Notes: generated by a model from the sequence alone, not told the origin. A stretch of DNA of 63,457 bases, filler included, from Myxococcota bacterium (GCA_023150835.1; 3 parts of 3 records of this genome joined end to end with filler, not necessarily neighbours in it); one strand, 5' to 3'. Counted from the first letter of the whole stretch, positions 47,005-58,193 are shown. Translations and numbers: made by a program.

Positions 47005-47144
47005 GTGTTGTATCACCGATGACTTGCAGCTTCATGAAAAATATGGCAGGGTGGGTGGTTCGGTTTTCGGTCTCTTTCGTATGGCTTGGCGCAAACCATC
47101 GACGCGGAGAGTCCTGCGTCGCACGACATGGAGGGGTTGTTTTC

Positions 47145-48527
47145 ATGGGTCTATTGATCAAGAACGGCGAGATCATCACCGCAAGCGAACGCTACACCGC
47201 CGACATCTACTGTGAAGGCGAAACCATCACACGCATCGAAAAAGATATCACCCCGCCTCCCGATGCCACCGTGATCGATGCAACAGGAAAATATGTCTTC
47301 CCCGGTTTTATCGATCCACACACACACATCTACCTCCCTTTTATGGGAACATTTGCCAAAGACACCTATACAACGGCCAGTCAAGCAGCCTTGGTGGGAG
47401 GGACGACCACCTTTATCGACTTCTGTATCCCCATGCGCGGCGATGAACCCCTCGCTGCATGGGACACATGGAACGCCCACAGCGAAGGTAAGTCCGCTTG
47501 TGACTACACTTACCACATGGCCGTCACCCGCTACGATGCCGGCGTCGAAAGCCAACTGCGCGAGATCGTCCGCAACGGCGTCTCTTCTTTTAAGGTCTTT
47601 TTGGCCTACAAAGGGGCCTTTGGCGTCGATGACGAAGAACTCTACCACACCCTCAAACTCGCCAAGTCTTTGGGAGTGATCACCACCGCTCACTGCGAAA
47701 ACGAAGTGATCGTTGCAGAACTCCAAAAAGAACTGGTCGCCCAAGGCAAGATCGGCCCTGAGTGGCATTATTACAGCCGCCCTCCCCGCGTCGAAGCCGA
47801 AGGAACTCACCACCTCACCACTTTCGCAGAGATCCACAACGCACACGTCTACATCGTCCACCTTAGCTGCGATGAAGCCCTTCAAGTCGCCGCCCAAGCC
47901 AAGTATCGCGGTGTCAACGTCTGGGTCGAAACGCTGATCCAGTACCTTCTTCTCGATAAAACTTATGCTGAACTGCCCGAGTTTGAGGGAGCCAAGTATG
48001 TGATGTCCCCACCGCTGCGCGACAAACGCAACCAGTCGATCTTGTGGGACGCCATCCGCCATCAACTCGTCAGCACCGTCGCCACCGACCACGCTCCCTT
48101 TGACTTCAATGGGCAAAAGCCGATGGGGAAATCGGACTTTACCAAGATCCCCAACGGCATCCCCGCCCTCGAAGATCGCGTCAATCTGCTTTACACCTAC
48201 GGCGTCAAGACGGGAAAGATCGACCTGCACCGTTTTGTCGACTCCGCAAGCACCCAAGCCGCCAAGATCTTTGGACTGTATCCCCGCAAAGGTACCATCC
48301 AACTCGGCGCAGATGCCGACCTTGTCGTCTATGACCCCCACTACACACGCACGCTCTCGAAATCCACCCAACTGATGAACGTCGACTACAGCGCCTTCGA
48401 AGGCTGGAAGATCGAAGGCCGCCCCCACGTTGTCACGGTTCGCGGTGAGATCGCTGCCCGCGATGGAAAATTTGTCGGAACCGTCGGACGTGGGCGCTTC
48501 TTGAAACGCGATCCCAACCACTTTTAA
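47145..48527 (+). CDS. hydA: Dihydropyrimidinase
   Basis: PGFIDPHTH, GGTTT, SFKVFLAY, HCEN, VMSPPLR, TDHAPF, IPNG; SD ggagg. Confidence 0.93.
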   Translation: MGLLIKNGEIITASERYTADIYCEGETITRIEKDITPPPDATVIDATGKYVFPGFIDPHTHIYLPFMGTFAKDTYTTASQAALVGGTTTFIDFCIPMRGDEPLAAWDTWNAHSEGKSACDYTYHMAVTRYDAGVESQLREIVRNGVSSFKVFLAYKGAFGVDDEELYHTLKLAKSLGVITTAHCENEVIVAELQKELVAQGKIGPEWHYYSRPPRVEAEGTHHLTTFAEIHNAHVYIVHLSCDEALQVAAQAKYRGVNVWVETLIQYLLLDKTYAELPEFEGAKYVMSPPLRDKRNQSILWDAIRHQLVSTVATDHAPFDFNGQKPMGKSDFTKIPNGIPALEDRVNLLYTYGVKTGKIDLHRFVDSASTQAAKIFGLYPRKGTIQLGADADLVVYDPHYTRTLSKSTQLMNVDYSAFEGWKIEGRPHVVTVRGEIAARDGKFVGTVGRGRFLKRDPNHF

Positions 48528-48553
48528 CCCCCGACAGGATCGACGCCGTTGAC

Positions 48554-48677
48554 AAAAACCCCGTGCTCGCGCCGTTTCAAGCGGCAGAGTCGTTTGACTG
48601 AAAAACTTCTGACCACCCCACCAATACGGGGTCAAGGGAGCCGCGCTCTGTGGCGGGGTGTGGGACAATGCCCCACA
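48554..48677 (+). repeat. Dispersed repeat family B
   Basis: Homologous to the copies at 15166, 51429 and 63194. Confidence 0.78.
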
Positions 48678-48762
48678 AATCTATCCAATCGCGTCGATCC
48701 TATTCCAAACATCCAGTACGCCCGACCAACCCACACCGCATCTTGCGACGGAAGAGGAATCT

Positions 48763-50106
48763 ATGAGTGAACACGTCGGATCTTCCTACAAACTCGGCGA
48801 ACTCAAACCCGCCATGAGCCGCAACGAAGCCCTTGCAGAAGCCCATCGTTGCCTCTTTTGCTACGATGCACCTTGCACACGCGCTTGCCCCACCCACATC
48901 GATGTCCCCCGCTTTATCAAAAAGATCGCCTCCGATAACCTCCAAGGCTCCGCACAAACCATCCTCGAAGCCAACATCCTCGGCGCTTCTTGCGCTCGCG
49001 TCTGCCCCACCGAAGTCCTCTGCGAAGGCGCTTGCGTCCTTCACGACCTTCACGACAAACCCATCAAGATCGGACGCCTCCAACGCTACGCCACCGATCC
49101 TTTTGTGTACAAAGATATCCCCCTCTTCCAAGCCGGCGAACCCACCGGCAAAAAGATCGCCATCGTCGGCGCTGGCCCCGCAGGACTCGCTTGCGCGCAT
49201 GAACTCACGCGATTTGGGCACTCTGTGATCGTCTTTGAAGCCCAAGATCGACCGGGTGGACTCAACACCTACGGCATCGCCGATTACAAACTTGACACCG
49301 AAACCTCCCTCAAAGAAGTCGAATGGGTCCAATCCATCGGCTTTACCATCCAAACCAATACCCGCATCGGCCAAGATATCCACATGGCCGAATTGCTCCG
49401 TGATTACGATGCCGTCTTTGTCGGCGTTGGACTCGGACAGATCCCCCCCCTCGGGATGCCGGGCGAAGACCTCCAAGGCTACCAAGATGCCCTTGTCTTT
49501 ATCGAAGATCTCAAATTCAAGCCCCTTGACCAGATCTCCCTCAAAGGCCAACGCATCGCCGTAATCGGCGGCGGAAACACCGCCATCGATGCCGTTTCCC
49601 AATCCGCAAGCCTCGGGGCCGAAAAAGTCTACATGATCTACCGCCGCAGCCGCGAAGATATGGGAGCCTACGATCACGAGATCGATCTCGCCCTTCGCAA
49701 GGGTGCTGTCGAGATCCTGTACATGGCACAACCTGTCCAGATCCTCGGAAAAGACGGTCGCGTCGTCGGGATCGAGTGCGTTCGTCATCGCCTCGGCCCC
49801 CCCGATCCACGCGGCAAACACCACATCGAAGTGATCGAGGATAGCGCTTTCATTCTTCCCGTCGATCGGGTCTTTCGCGCCACAGGACAAGCCAAACATC
49901 GCGATTTCTTTGCAGGCATCGAAGGACTCCAAGTCGACGCTTCGGGCCGCGTGGTCGTCTCCAAAGGCGGCCAGACCTCCGTCCCCAAACTCTGGGCCTC
50001 AGGCGATTGCGTCAACGGCGGAAAAGAAGTCGTCAACGCCGTCGCCGAAGGAAAATCCGCAGCCCAACACATCCACCAAGCGCTGGAGGCACAGGCTCAT
50101 GGCTGA
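48763..50106 (+). CDS. preT: Dihydropyrimidine dehydrogenase subunit PreT
   Basis: RCLFCYDAPC...CPTHID, CARVCP, GAGPAG, GGGNTAID; overlaps preA start. Confidence 0.9.
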   Translation: MSEHVGSSYKLGELKPAMSRNEALAEAHRCLFCYDAPCTRACPTHIDVPRFIKKIASDNLQGSAQTILEANILGASCARVCPTEVLCEGACVLHDLHDKPIKIGRLQRYATDPFVYKDIPLFQAGEPTGKKIAIVGAGPAGLACAHELTRFGHSVIVFEAQDRPGGLNTYGIADYKLDTETSLKEVEWVQSIGFTIQTNTRIGQDIHMAELLRDYDAVFVGVGLGQIPPLGMPGEDLQGYQDALVFIEDLKFKPLDQISLKGQRIAVIGGGNTAIDAVSQSASLGAEKVYMIYRRSREDMGAYDHEIDLALRKGAVEILYMAQPVQILGKDGRVVGIECVRHRLGPPDPRGKHHIEVIEDSAFILPVDRVFRATGQAKHRDFFAGIEGLQVDASGRVVVSKGGQTSVPKLWASGDCVNGGKEVVNAVAEGKSAAQHIHQALEAQAHG

Positions 50107-51388
50107 TCTCAAAGTCAATATCGCTGGCATCTCTTCTCCCAACCCCTTCTGGCTGGCCTCTGCTCCACCCACCAACACAGGCGACCAAGTCATGCGCGCC
50201 TTTGACGCAGGTTGGGGCGGAGCCGTCTGGAAAACCCTCGGAGAACCCATCGTCAACACTTGGTCTCGCTACAGCGCCGTCGATCTCAACGGCCAAAAGA
50301 TGATGGGACTCAACAACATCGAACTGATCACCGACCGCCCTCTCGACGTCAACTTCCGCGAGATCACCGAAGTCAAAAAACGCTACCCGCACCACGCTGT
50401 GATCGTCAGCTTGATGGTCGAAGCCAATCAAAAAGCATGGCAAGATATCGTCAAACGTACCGAAGATACGGGCGCAGACGGCATTGAACTCAACTTTGGC
50501 TGCCCTCACGGGATGTCCGAACGCGGCATGGGTTCCGCCGTCGGCCAAGTCCCCGAATACACCTGCCAGATCACCGAATGGGTCAAACAAGCCGCCTCCC
50601 TCCCCGTTCTCGTCAAACTCACCCCCAACATCACCGACGTCCGCTACGCCGCTCGCGCCGCCAAACGCGGTGGAGCCGATGGCGTCAGCTTGATCAACAC
50701 CATCAACTCCATCACAAGCGTTGATATCGATACCTTTGCCCCACGACCCACCGTCTCAGGATACTCTTCTCATGGCGGATACTGCGGCCCCGCCGTCAAA
50801 CCCATCGCCCTCAATATGGTCTCCGAGATCGCCCGCGACCCCGAAACCGCCAACCTCCCGATCAGCGGCATCGGCGGCATCTCCACTTGGCGCGATGCCG
50901 TCGAATTTATCCTGCTCGGAGCCACCACCGTCCAAGTCTGCACCGCCGTCATGCACTACGGCTTCCGTATCGTCGAAGACATGATCGACGGACTCAACCA
51001 ATACCTCGATCAAAAAGGCTTCGCCGATATCTACGCACTGCGCGGAAAAAGCGTCCCCCGTATCAAAGATTGGAAATACCTCGATCTCAACTACGTCGTC
51101 CGCGCAAACATCAACCAACAAAAATGTATCGGCTGCGGACTCTGCTACACCGCTTGCAACGATGGCGCACATCAAGCCATCGGCGCAAAACCCGCAAACA
51201 ACGGACGCACCGAGGTCTGGGTGATCGAAGAAGCCTGCGTCGGCTGCAACCTTTGCTCCCTCGTCTGCCCCGTCGAACAGTGCATCACCATGCAAACCAT
51301 CCCCGTCGATGCCGAGCCTTGCTCTTGGGATCAATACACCTCCCAAAAAGGCATACTCGCTCCACGACCCCAAGACAACCAACATTGA
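50099..51388 (+). CDS. preA: Dihydropyrimidine dehydrogenase subunit PreA
   Basis: NPFWLASAPP, NNIELI, ELNFGCPHG, KLTPN, GGYCGPAVKP, two 4Fe-4S motifs. Confidence 0.94.
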   Translation: MADLKVNIAGISSPNPFWLASAPPTNTGDQVMRAFDAGWGGAVWKTLGEPIVNTWSRYSAVDLNGQKMMGLNNIELITDRPLDVNFREITEVKKRYPHHAVIVSLMVEANQKAWQDIVKRTEDTGADGIELNFGCPHGMSERGMGSAVGQVPEYTCQITEWVKQAASLPVLVKLTPNITDVRYAARAAKRGGADGVSLINTINSITSVDIDTFAPRPTVSGYSSHGGYCGPAVKPIALNMVSEIARDPETANLPISGIGGISTWRDAVEFILLGATTVQVCTAVMHYGFRIVEDMIDGLNQYLDQKGFADIYALRGKSVPRIKDWKYLDLNYVVRANINQQKCIGCGLCYTACNDGAHQAIGAKPANNGRTEVWVIEEACVGCNLCSLVCPVEQCITMQTIPVDAEPCSWDQYTSQKGILAPRPQDNQH

Positions 51389-51428
51389 AAAACCGGTGAA
51401 CATAGGACTTGCGCTGTTGGGCTGATTT

Positions 51429-51551
51429 TGTGGGGTTTCACCCCACGCCCCACAAGGGAGCTTTGCCCCCTTGACCCCCATGTTGGCGAACAGATCGCTG
51501 GTTTTTCAAACCAACTGCTCTCTCGCTTGAAACGGCACGAACACGGGGTTT
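51429..51551 (-). repeat. Dispersed repeat family B
   Basis: Reverse-complement homologue of 63194-63314. Confidence 0.78.
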
Positions 51552-51694
51552 GGAACGTGAGCGGAAAGCTCGACTTGCACAGCCTTTGCGCGCTCACTTA
51601 AGTAAGTATCACTAAGTTTCTTCAACTTTCGCGCCCGAAGAACGGGTTCGTTCAAAAAAGATGGCGATGAAGAGGTCACCGACGCAACAGAGAT

Positions 51695-51721
51695 CGGGCA
51701 GGCACGGGGGCCTGCCCCTAC
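51695..51721 (-). repeat. GTAG-type REP hairpin
   Basis: Reverse complement GTAGGGGCAGGCCCCCGTGCCTGCCC. Confidence 0.75.
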
Positions 51722-51738
51722 GAAACACCGTGTGATTT

Positions 51739-51838
51739 NNNNNNNNNNNNNNNNNNNNNNNNNNNNNNNNNNNNNNNNNNNNTTAATTAATTAANNNNNN
51801 NNNNNNNNNNNNNNNNNNNNNNNNNNNNNNNNNNNNNN
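51739..51838. other. Assembly gap with artificial linker
   Basis: N run with TTAATTAATTAA. Confidence 0.97.
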
Positions 51839-52218
51839 CAAAGGCAAAGACGAATAAGCCCGCCCCCCCCCATCCCAGACGCCCCTCAACCCGCCCCAAG
51901 CCCACAAAACCGCCGCCCCCCCTAGACCTCCAAATGAACCCTGTGCATCTTGGCCCGTCCATCATTTCCTTGTAGCAACGGACCCAAGGGAACCGCTCCG
52001 ACGCACAGCAGCGGCGCGAATCAAAAAAGATTCTGTGCGCGGCAAAACTATTCGCTTGAAATTCCTGCGGCAACCTGCTACAGAAGCGGCGACTTTAGGT
52101 AGCCCCAACGCCTCACTCCACAAATCTCGGCAAGGACTGCCTTTGTAACATCCACCCCCCCAAGCCTTTTTGGGGACATGGCGATCTCTCGTAAGCATCG
52201 ATCCACGAGGACTAAACA

Positions 52219-54354
52219 ATGAGTACACGCGTTAAAGACCTGACCCTTCTCCGAAACATCGGAATATCCGCACACATCGACTCTGGAAAAACCACGCTCA
52301 CAGAGCGCATCCTCTTTTATACAGGACGCATCAACGCCATCCACGAAGTGCGCGGAAAAGACGGCGTCGGGGCCAAAATGGACTCGATGGATCTCGAACG
52401 TGAAAAAGGCATCACCATCCAATCCGCCGCAACCTACGTCAACTGGGATTTCAAAGACCCCAAAACCAACAAAACCACCGAGTACGCCATCAACATCATC
52501 GACACTCCCGGACACGTCGACTTCACCATCGAAGTCGAACGCGCCCTCCGTGTCCTTGACGGTGCCATCCTTGTGCTTTGTTCCGTTGCGGGCGTCCAAT
52601 CCCAATCCATCACCGTTGACCGACAAATGCGCCGCTACGGCGTCCCCGCGATCGCTTTCGTCAACAAATGCGACCGCGCTGGCGCAGACCCCCTCGGTGT
52701 TTGTCAACAACTTCGCGACGATCTCAGCCACAACGCGGTGTTGATCCAACATCCCATCGGACTCGAAGCCGCCCATCGCGGCGTCGTCGACCTCATCCGT
52801 ATGGTCGCCTATGTCAACGAAGGCGAAGACGGCGAGATCATCAAAGAAATCCCCATCCCTGGTGACCTCGTGGCGATCTGCAAAGAGCAACGCAACACCA
52901 TGCTCGAAGCACTCTCTGACTTCGACGATGAGATCGCCATGATGTACCTCGATGGCGAAGGCGACAAGATCACCGAAGAACACATCATCGCCGTCATGTC
53001 CAAAGCCACGCTCTCTCGCAAGTTTACGCCTGTGTGCCTCGGATCCGCTTACAAAAACAAAGCCGTTCAACCCTTGCTCGACAAGGTTTGTGAACTTCTC
53101 CCCAACCCCCTTCAGATGCAGTACAAGGCCCTCGACCAAGAAAACAACGAAGCAGAAGTCCACCTCCTCCCAGACCCCAAAAAGCCTCTCGTGATGCTCG
53201 CCTTCAAACTCGAAGACGGGCGTTTCGGACAGCTTACCTACTGCCGCGTTTACCAAGGAAGCGTCCGAAAAGGCGATACCATCTTCAACTGTAGCAACGG
53301 CAACAAGCACAAAGTCGGCCGCCTTGTTCTCATGCACGCCAACGAGATGAACGATATCGAGTTCGCAGAAGCCGGCGACATCGTGGCACTCTTTGGAATC
53401 GAATGCTCTTCGGGTGACACTTTCACTGATGGCGAAGTCACGTACACCATGACCTCGATGTTCGTTCCTGACTCCGTGATCACCCTTGCCGTCGAACCCA
53501 AAGACAAAAAAGGTCTCGCAAACTTTGGAAAAGCACTCAACCGCTTCACCAAAGAAGACCCGACATTCCGCCTTTTCCGCGACGAAGAATCCGGACAAAC
53601 CATCATCGGCGGGATGGGTGAACTCCATCTCGAAGTCTACATCGAACGCATCAAACGCGAATACGGCGTTGAAGTCCTTGTCGGTCAACCCCAAGTCGCT
53701 TACCGCGAAACCATCACCAAACGCTCCGACTTTAACTACACCCACAAAAAACAAACGGGTGGTTCCGGTCAATACGCACGTGTTGCTGGTTATATCGAAC
53801 CCGGCGAAGAGGGCATCCCATACGAATTCGTCAACAACATCGTGGGTGGTGTCATCCCCAAAGAATTCCAACCCTCCTGCGACAAAGGCTTCCAGTCCGC
53901 CCTTGAGCGCGGAAGCCTCATCGGCTTCCCCATCATCGGTGTCCGCGCTTGTATCAACGATGGGCAATACCACCCCGTCGACTCTTCGGATATGGCGTTC
54001 CAAGTCGCCGCTCGCTCCGGCTTCCGTGAAGCCTACGGCAAAGCTGAGCCTGTCATCCTTGAGCCGATCATGAAGGTCGTTGTCGAAACACCCGAAGAAT
54101 TCTCTGGAACCATCCTCGGCACACTCAACAAACGACGCGGTGTGATCATCGGAAACCTTGCAAAACAAGGACTCGCTGTGATCGAAGCCGATGTTCCACT
54201 CGCTGAAATGTTCGGATACTCCAACGAGATCCGTTCCGGCACCCAAGGAAAAGCCGAATTCTCCATGGAATTCCGACGCTACTCCCCCGTCCCCCGCCAA
54301 GTCCAAGAAGCCCTGATCGTCGAGTACGCAGAACGCGCCAAAGCCCGTATCTAA
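52219..54354 (+). CDS. fusA: Elongation factor G (stand-alone copy)
   Basis: [51 protein letters not shown]. Confidence 0.96.
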   Translation: MSTRVKDLTLLRNIGISAHIDSGKTTLTERILFYTGRINAIHEVRGKDGVGAKMDSMDLEREKGITIQSAATYVNWDFKDPKTNKTTEYAINIIDTPGHVDFTIEVERALRVLDGAILVLCSVAGVQSQSITVDRQMRRYGVPAIAFVNKCDRAGADPLGVCQQLRDDLSHNAVLIQHPIGLEAAHRGVVDLIRMVAYVNEGEDGEIIKEIPIPGDLVAICKEQRNTMLEALSDFDDEIAMMYLDGEGDKITEEHIIAVMSKATLSRKFTPVCLGSAYKNKAVQPLLDKVCELLPNPLQMQYKALDQENNEAEVHLLPDPKKPLVMLAFKLEDGRFGQLTYCRVYQGSVRKGDTIFNCSNGNKHKVGRLVLMHANEMNDIEFAEAGDIVALFGIECSSGDTFTDGEVTYTMTSMFVPDSVITLAVEPKDKKGLANFGKALNRFTKEDPTFRLFRDEESGQTIIGGMGELHLEVYIERIKREYGVEVLVGQPQVAYRETITKRSDFNYTHKKQTGGSGQYARVAGYIEPGEEGIPYEFVNNIVGGVIPKEFQPSCDKGFQSALERGSLIGFPIIGVRACINDGQYHPVDSSDMAFQVAARSGFREAYGKAEPVILEPIMKVVVETPEEFSGTILGTLNKRRGVIIGNLAKQGLAVIEADVPLAEMFGYSNEIRSGTQGKAEFSMEFRRYSPVPRQVQEALIVEYAERAKARI

Positions 54355-54355
54355 G

Positions 54356-54427
54356 CCATCCCACAATCCTCCACAATCCTCCACAATCCCCCACAATCCC
54401 CCACAATCCCCCACAATCCCCCCACAA
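54356..54427. repeat. 10-bp tandem repeat (ccacaatccy)n
   Basis: Directly visible between convergent genes. Confidence 0.9.
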
Positions 54428-54439
54428 GATCACACCTCG

Positions 54440-55513
54440 TTATTTCGCAGGCAGCGTGAGGATCGAATAAGCCGCTTCGTTGGCCTGCATCGGAAACGTC
54501 CCGGGCTTGTCTTTGCCCTTGGCCTTGCGGTCGTTGTCGTCGTCGTACACCACAAGGATCTTCCCTCCCGCAAGCGGCGTCACCCCTTCTGGTTTGTGAC
54601 TTACCTTTTGACGCCAAGCCTTCTTCCATGTCTCGACTTGATTCAGGGCTGTGAGATCCGTCGACACCAACCACAGATGCCCACCCACCTGTGCTGTCGG
54701 CGGCGAAGCATCGTCATTTTCGTAGCTCGTCACCAACAAATACTGCTTGCGCTCAGGCAGATATTCCAGCGCCGAGATGCCTTCTTCGCGCCCCAACAAA
54801 CCCTTCAGATCGATATGCGCCAACACCTCTGGATCCTTGTTGAGGCGATTCAGCGCATAACGCAACAACAGCACCCGAAACTGCGGCTTTTTGTAGCTCT
54901 CGCCATAAGTACGCACGCCCACGATCAAAGCGTCTTCTTTGGGTGTCAACGCCAATGCCTCGATCTTGTACCAAGGCATCTTGTACTTGGCCTTGATCAC
55001 ACCCGCAGGATCGCGAAGTTTGATCACCTGCGCAGACTTCATCTTGATCGACACTTTCTTGCCTTTTTTGCCCTTCACTTTCGCTCGAAGTTCAAAACGC
55101 ACGACTATCCGAAAACTTGGAACGGGTCGATCAAACGCCGTTGTCGCATAAAACACGCCCGGGGTCTTTTGCGAAGCTGTAATCCCTTCAAACTTCGAGA
55201 TATCCAACGGCTTACCTCCGATCACCACCACAGGACGGGCGATCTCTTTCAGTCTGCCTTTCTTGCTCAGTTTGAACACAGAGATCGGACTCGTCCATTT
55301 GGAGCGATCGTTAAGCACCACCAGATACGAAGTCCCCGGCCACAACGCCACCGCCGACGGCTCAAAACGATTGTAACGACCAAACGTCCGATACACAGGT
55401 TCTCCACCCGCCGACTCGGCCCCCGCTCCCGCCATCCAACCAAACCACACCGAAATCAAGCACAACATCCCAAACAGCCGCATCTTCCGCATCAAACCTC
55501 CTTCTTGCTCCAC
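54440..55513 (-). CDS. Secreted hypothetical protein, beta-propeller-like
   Basis: Signal peptide; FEPSA, FEGIT, IEALAL, KPEGVT blade motifs. Confidence 0.7.
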   Translation of the reverse strand: MEQEGGLMRKMRLFGMLCLISVWFGWMAGAGAESAGGEPVYRTFGRYNRFEPSAVALWPGTSYLVVLNDRSKWTSPISVFKLSKKGRLKEIARPVVVIGGKPLDISKFEGITASQKTPGVFYATTAFDRPVPSFRIVVRFELRAKVKGKKGKKVSIKMKSAQVIKLRDPAGVIKAKYKMPWYKIEALALTPKEDALIVGVRTYGESYKKPQFRVLLLRYALNRLNKDPEVLAHIDLKGLLGREEGISALEYLPERKQYLLVTSYENDDASPPTAQVGGHLWLVSTDLTALNQVETWKKAWRQKVSHKPEGVTPLAGGKILVVYDDDNDRKAKGKDKPGTFPMQANEAAYSILTLPAK

Positions 55514-55530
55514 GCACTTTTCGTGCGACT

Positions 55531-55636
55531 CGTACGAGATCTGCCCGTTGCGTTATCGTAAGCAGCCACAGCGAACTCCCAACAATCGGGCGGCTACGTA
55601 CCCTCCTTTGTGGATACATCACTCGGATCTCGTATC
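55531..55636 (+). repeat. Degenerate family A flank element
   Basis: cgtacgagatctg...aatcgggcggctacg...catcactcggatctcgtat, with the REP core decayed. Confidence 0.55.
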
Positions 55637-55744
55637 ATCCCACACAAAGCTCTTGCCTCTCCGAAAACACAACGCCCCCACCGTACAGGACAACACCCCC
55701 CACACACAAGCAAGAAAAACATCTCCCTCAACCCCACTTCGCCT

Positions 55745-56428
55745 TTAACACCAAGGTATCCGAGACTTTGCCAACGCAAACACCCACTCTCCCGTCTCGT
55801 CGCCCCTCACACGATCCACTCTGTCCGTCACCATCGCGCCTTCCGCGCTCTCCCGCTCCAACAAAACAACGTCTGTTGCTTCGCTTCCCAACAAAGGCTC
55901 TGTTTCTTTTGGCTCGATGCTTGGGCCTTTTCGCTCGATCAGACGCATCCGTTCCAACACCGCCAACGCATACGAAACAACCTGCGCTGGCAAGCGAACA
56001 CGCAACACCAACTCCTCAAAAGGCAACACAAGGATCCCCGACTCATCGGCATAACGGTGCAGCCATAGATACAAAAAATGCGCGTTCTTGGGCAGCGCAC
56101 CTCGGCGCACCAAAGCCCAACTCTTTTGAAAAGACACCATCTTGCTTGCGTGCTCTGTCTGGATCTCTCGGTACAAACGGCGCATCGCTTCCTCTGACAA
56201 AGCCTTCACCTGAAGCGCTTCCAACACCACCTCTGGCGAAACTTGGCGACTGCCGTGTCGTTGCGTGTGCTGATAAAACCACAACAGCAGATACAACTCC
56301 AGCCACTCAGGATGTTGCGAACCTCCACGCAACTCGCCTTTTTCAAACATCAACCAATGATCTGCTTCTTGCCCTCGTTTCCCATCCCCACCCAACAAGG
56401 GTTTTTTCTTCCGCTTCACGATCTTCAT
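55745..56428 (-). CDS. Hypothetical protein, possible winged-helix
   Basis: Open frame with codon bias like neighbouring genes; LYLWL...EEL...V..AL..LER..LIER pattern. Confidence 0.5.
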   Translation of the reverse strand: MKIVKRKKKPLLGGDGKRGQEADHWLMFEKGELRGGSQHPEWLELYLLLWFYQHTQRHGSRQVSPEVVLEALQVKALSEEAMRRLYREIQTEHASKMVSFQKSWALVRRGALPKNAHFLYLWLHRYADESGILVLPFEELVLRVRLPAQVVSYALAVLERMRLIERKGPSIEPKETEPLLGSEATDVVLLERESAEGAMVTDRVDRVRGDETGEWVFALAKSRIPWC

Positions 56429-56649
56429 CTTGACATCCCACAACGCTTCGGCTAGATTCCTTGGCCTTGGACGGGTACAGAACCCTTTGTTCCCTTCAGT
56501 ATCGAAACCCTCGATACTCGGCCCGTTGCAATCAATCCATCGCACGCTCGCTGCCACGCAACATCCCAAACAAAGGACGTTTCCCACGCAGCACTCCGTT
56601 GTTATAAGATTCCAACCAAAGACGCAAGCACAGATTCTTGGAGTATCCA

Positions 56650-56955
56650 ATGGCCAAAAAAAGTATGATCGCACGCAACGAACAACGTAAAGCTATCGTC
56701 GACCGTCACTGGGAAAAACGACAAGCCCTCAAAAAACTCATCAAAAACCCCAACACCAGCCCCGAAGATCGCGATGAAGCCCAAGTCAAACTCCAAAAGC
56801 TTCCCCGCGATTCTAGCCCCTGCCGCGTTGTCAACCGCTGCAGCATGACGGGCCGTCCTCGCGGATTCTACCGCAAATTCGGACTCTCTCGTATCGCTCT
56901 GCGCGATATGGCTCGCGCTGGCGATCTCCCCGGTGTTCGCAAATCTTCTTGGTAA
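56650..56955 (+). CDS. rpsN: 30S ribosomal protein S14, long zinc-independent form
   Basis: MAKKSMIAR...[25 protein letters not shown]...[10 protein letters not shown] ggag. Confidence 0.96.
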   Translation: MAKKSMIARNEQRKAIVDRHWEKRQALKKLIKNPNTSPEDRDEAQVKLQKLPRDSSPCRVVNRCSMTGRPRGFYRKFGLSRIALRDMARAGDLPGVRKSSW

Positions 56956-57114
56956 TCTCCCCCCTCCTCGCCCCTCTTGACGACCCCCCCCCTCCTCCAA
57001 ATCACCCCTCCAATCAAACGAACCAAACAACCCACATCTTCGACGCAGGTTTAAGGCCCGTACGGTAGATACCCACAAAATGTCCCTCTAAAGCAGCCCA
57101 CTTCACAATAAACC

Positions 57115-57942
57115 TCAACGCAGGTTTAAGGCCCAACTGTACGGTAGATAGGCGATCTTTATTTCCCCACCATGCGCTTCAACAAATGCCTTGTCGTGGC
57201 CTTTTTGTAGATGCCTTCCAATAAAATCTAACACCCCCTTGTATCCGCCTTTTTCAAAGTCACCTTTGAACCACTCAAACAACTTCGATATCTTGACCGT
57301 CTTACTCTCACGATCGATCTGAAACCCCCGTGTATGCGCAAGATATCGACGCACGCCGTTGTCCAGCATCCCCTCCAATCTCTCCGCCGTAAAGGCTCGT
57401 GCCTGAAGATCAGGGCAGCCTTTTGAAGCACACACGATCGCAAAGTGCAAACGCGGATCGATGTACTTCGGACGCAATATCTGATGTTCGATCTGATCCA
57501 ACGTCACATAACGCCCCCCAACTTCATAACTGTATCCCTTCCAAAATCCGCCCTTGACGTTGAGTACTGAAAAAGCCCGCTGCTGCGCCAAAGAAGAGGG
57601 CAAACGATCCAACACCGCACGCAACGTCAAAGCATTGTACACATTGATCCAGTACGCAAAACGCGCTTTGTTCCCCTGAATCTCCGATGCTTTCGTTCGT
57701 GATACCCGAAACAGATACTCGTCCAGCTTCTGCCGCGAAGAACCCGCCAACCCTCGGTAATCCACAGCACCGCCCTTCACGTGCGCTCGCAACACTTCAT
57801 CCAATAGCCGATGATCAAAACGTGCTTTCTCCCATCTCCCCGAAAACCAAAACGACCACGGCGTCTTCACCTTCTCTACCGCATACGCCTCACCACACCC
57901 GAAACCCGCACACACCGCGATGATCCACACCCACACTCGCAT
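57115..57942 (-). CDS. DUF547 domain secreted protein
   Basis: VDY, AYWINVYNALT, TLDQIEH.ILR, DPRLHFAIVCAS.GCP, SKLFEWF..DF, YSWALN. Confidence 0.9.
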   Translation of the reverse strand: MRVWVWIIAVCAGFGCGEAYAVEKVKTPWSFWFSGRWEKARFDHRLLDEVLRAHVKGGAVDYRGLAGSSRQKLDEYLFRVSRTKASEIQGNKARFAYWINVYNALTLRAVLDRLPSSLAQQRAFSVLNVKGGFWKGYSYEVGGRYVTLDQIEHQILRPKYIDPRLHFAIVCASKGCPDLQARAFTAERLEGMLDNGVRRYLAHTRGFQIDRESKTVKISKLFEWFKGDFEKGGYKGVLDFIGRHLQKGHDKAFVEAHGGEIKIAYLPYSWALNLR

Positions 57943-58021
57943 GACACCTCCTTTTTTCCGTGTTTTGTCCTGTGAACGACTCAAACCACAACGCAACAGC
58001 CCCCTCCAGCGTTACACGCCA

Positions 58022-58193
58022 CCACAACAAACCACGCCACCACACGATACGACTCGACCCGTCCCACGCACCCATAACTTCCGCCAGCTCCCCACAACAA
58101 ACCACGCCACCACACGATACGACTCGACCCGTCCCACGCACCCACAACTTCCGCCAGTCCCCCACAACAAACCACGCCACCACCTGATACGAC
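58022..58193. repeat. 70-bp tandem repeat, about 2.4 copies
   Basis: Units start at 58022, 58092 and 58162. Confidence 0.9.

Noticed and set aside
52078-54414. 778-aa antisense ORF and other long shadow ORFs (e.g. 47151-48668, 34615-36135, 19698-20990)
   Set aside because: They lie opposite well-supported genes, have no recognisable motifs, and are expected from codon bias.
57040-57150. Template/variable repeat pair of a diversity-generating retroelement
   Set aside because: Too short, the main difference is a deletion rather than adenine-specific substitution, and there is no reverse transcriptase in the window.
58022-58193. 70-bp repeats as a CRISPR array
   Set aside because: The whole unit repeats with no unique spacers, and there are no cas genes; it is a tandem repeat.
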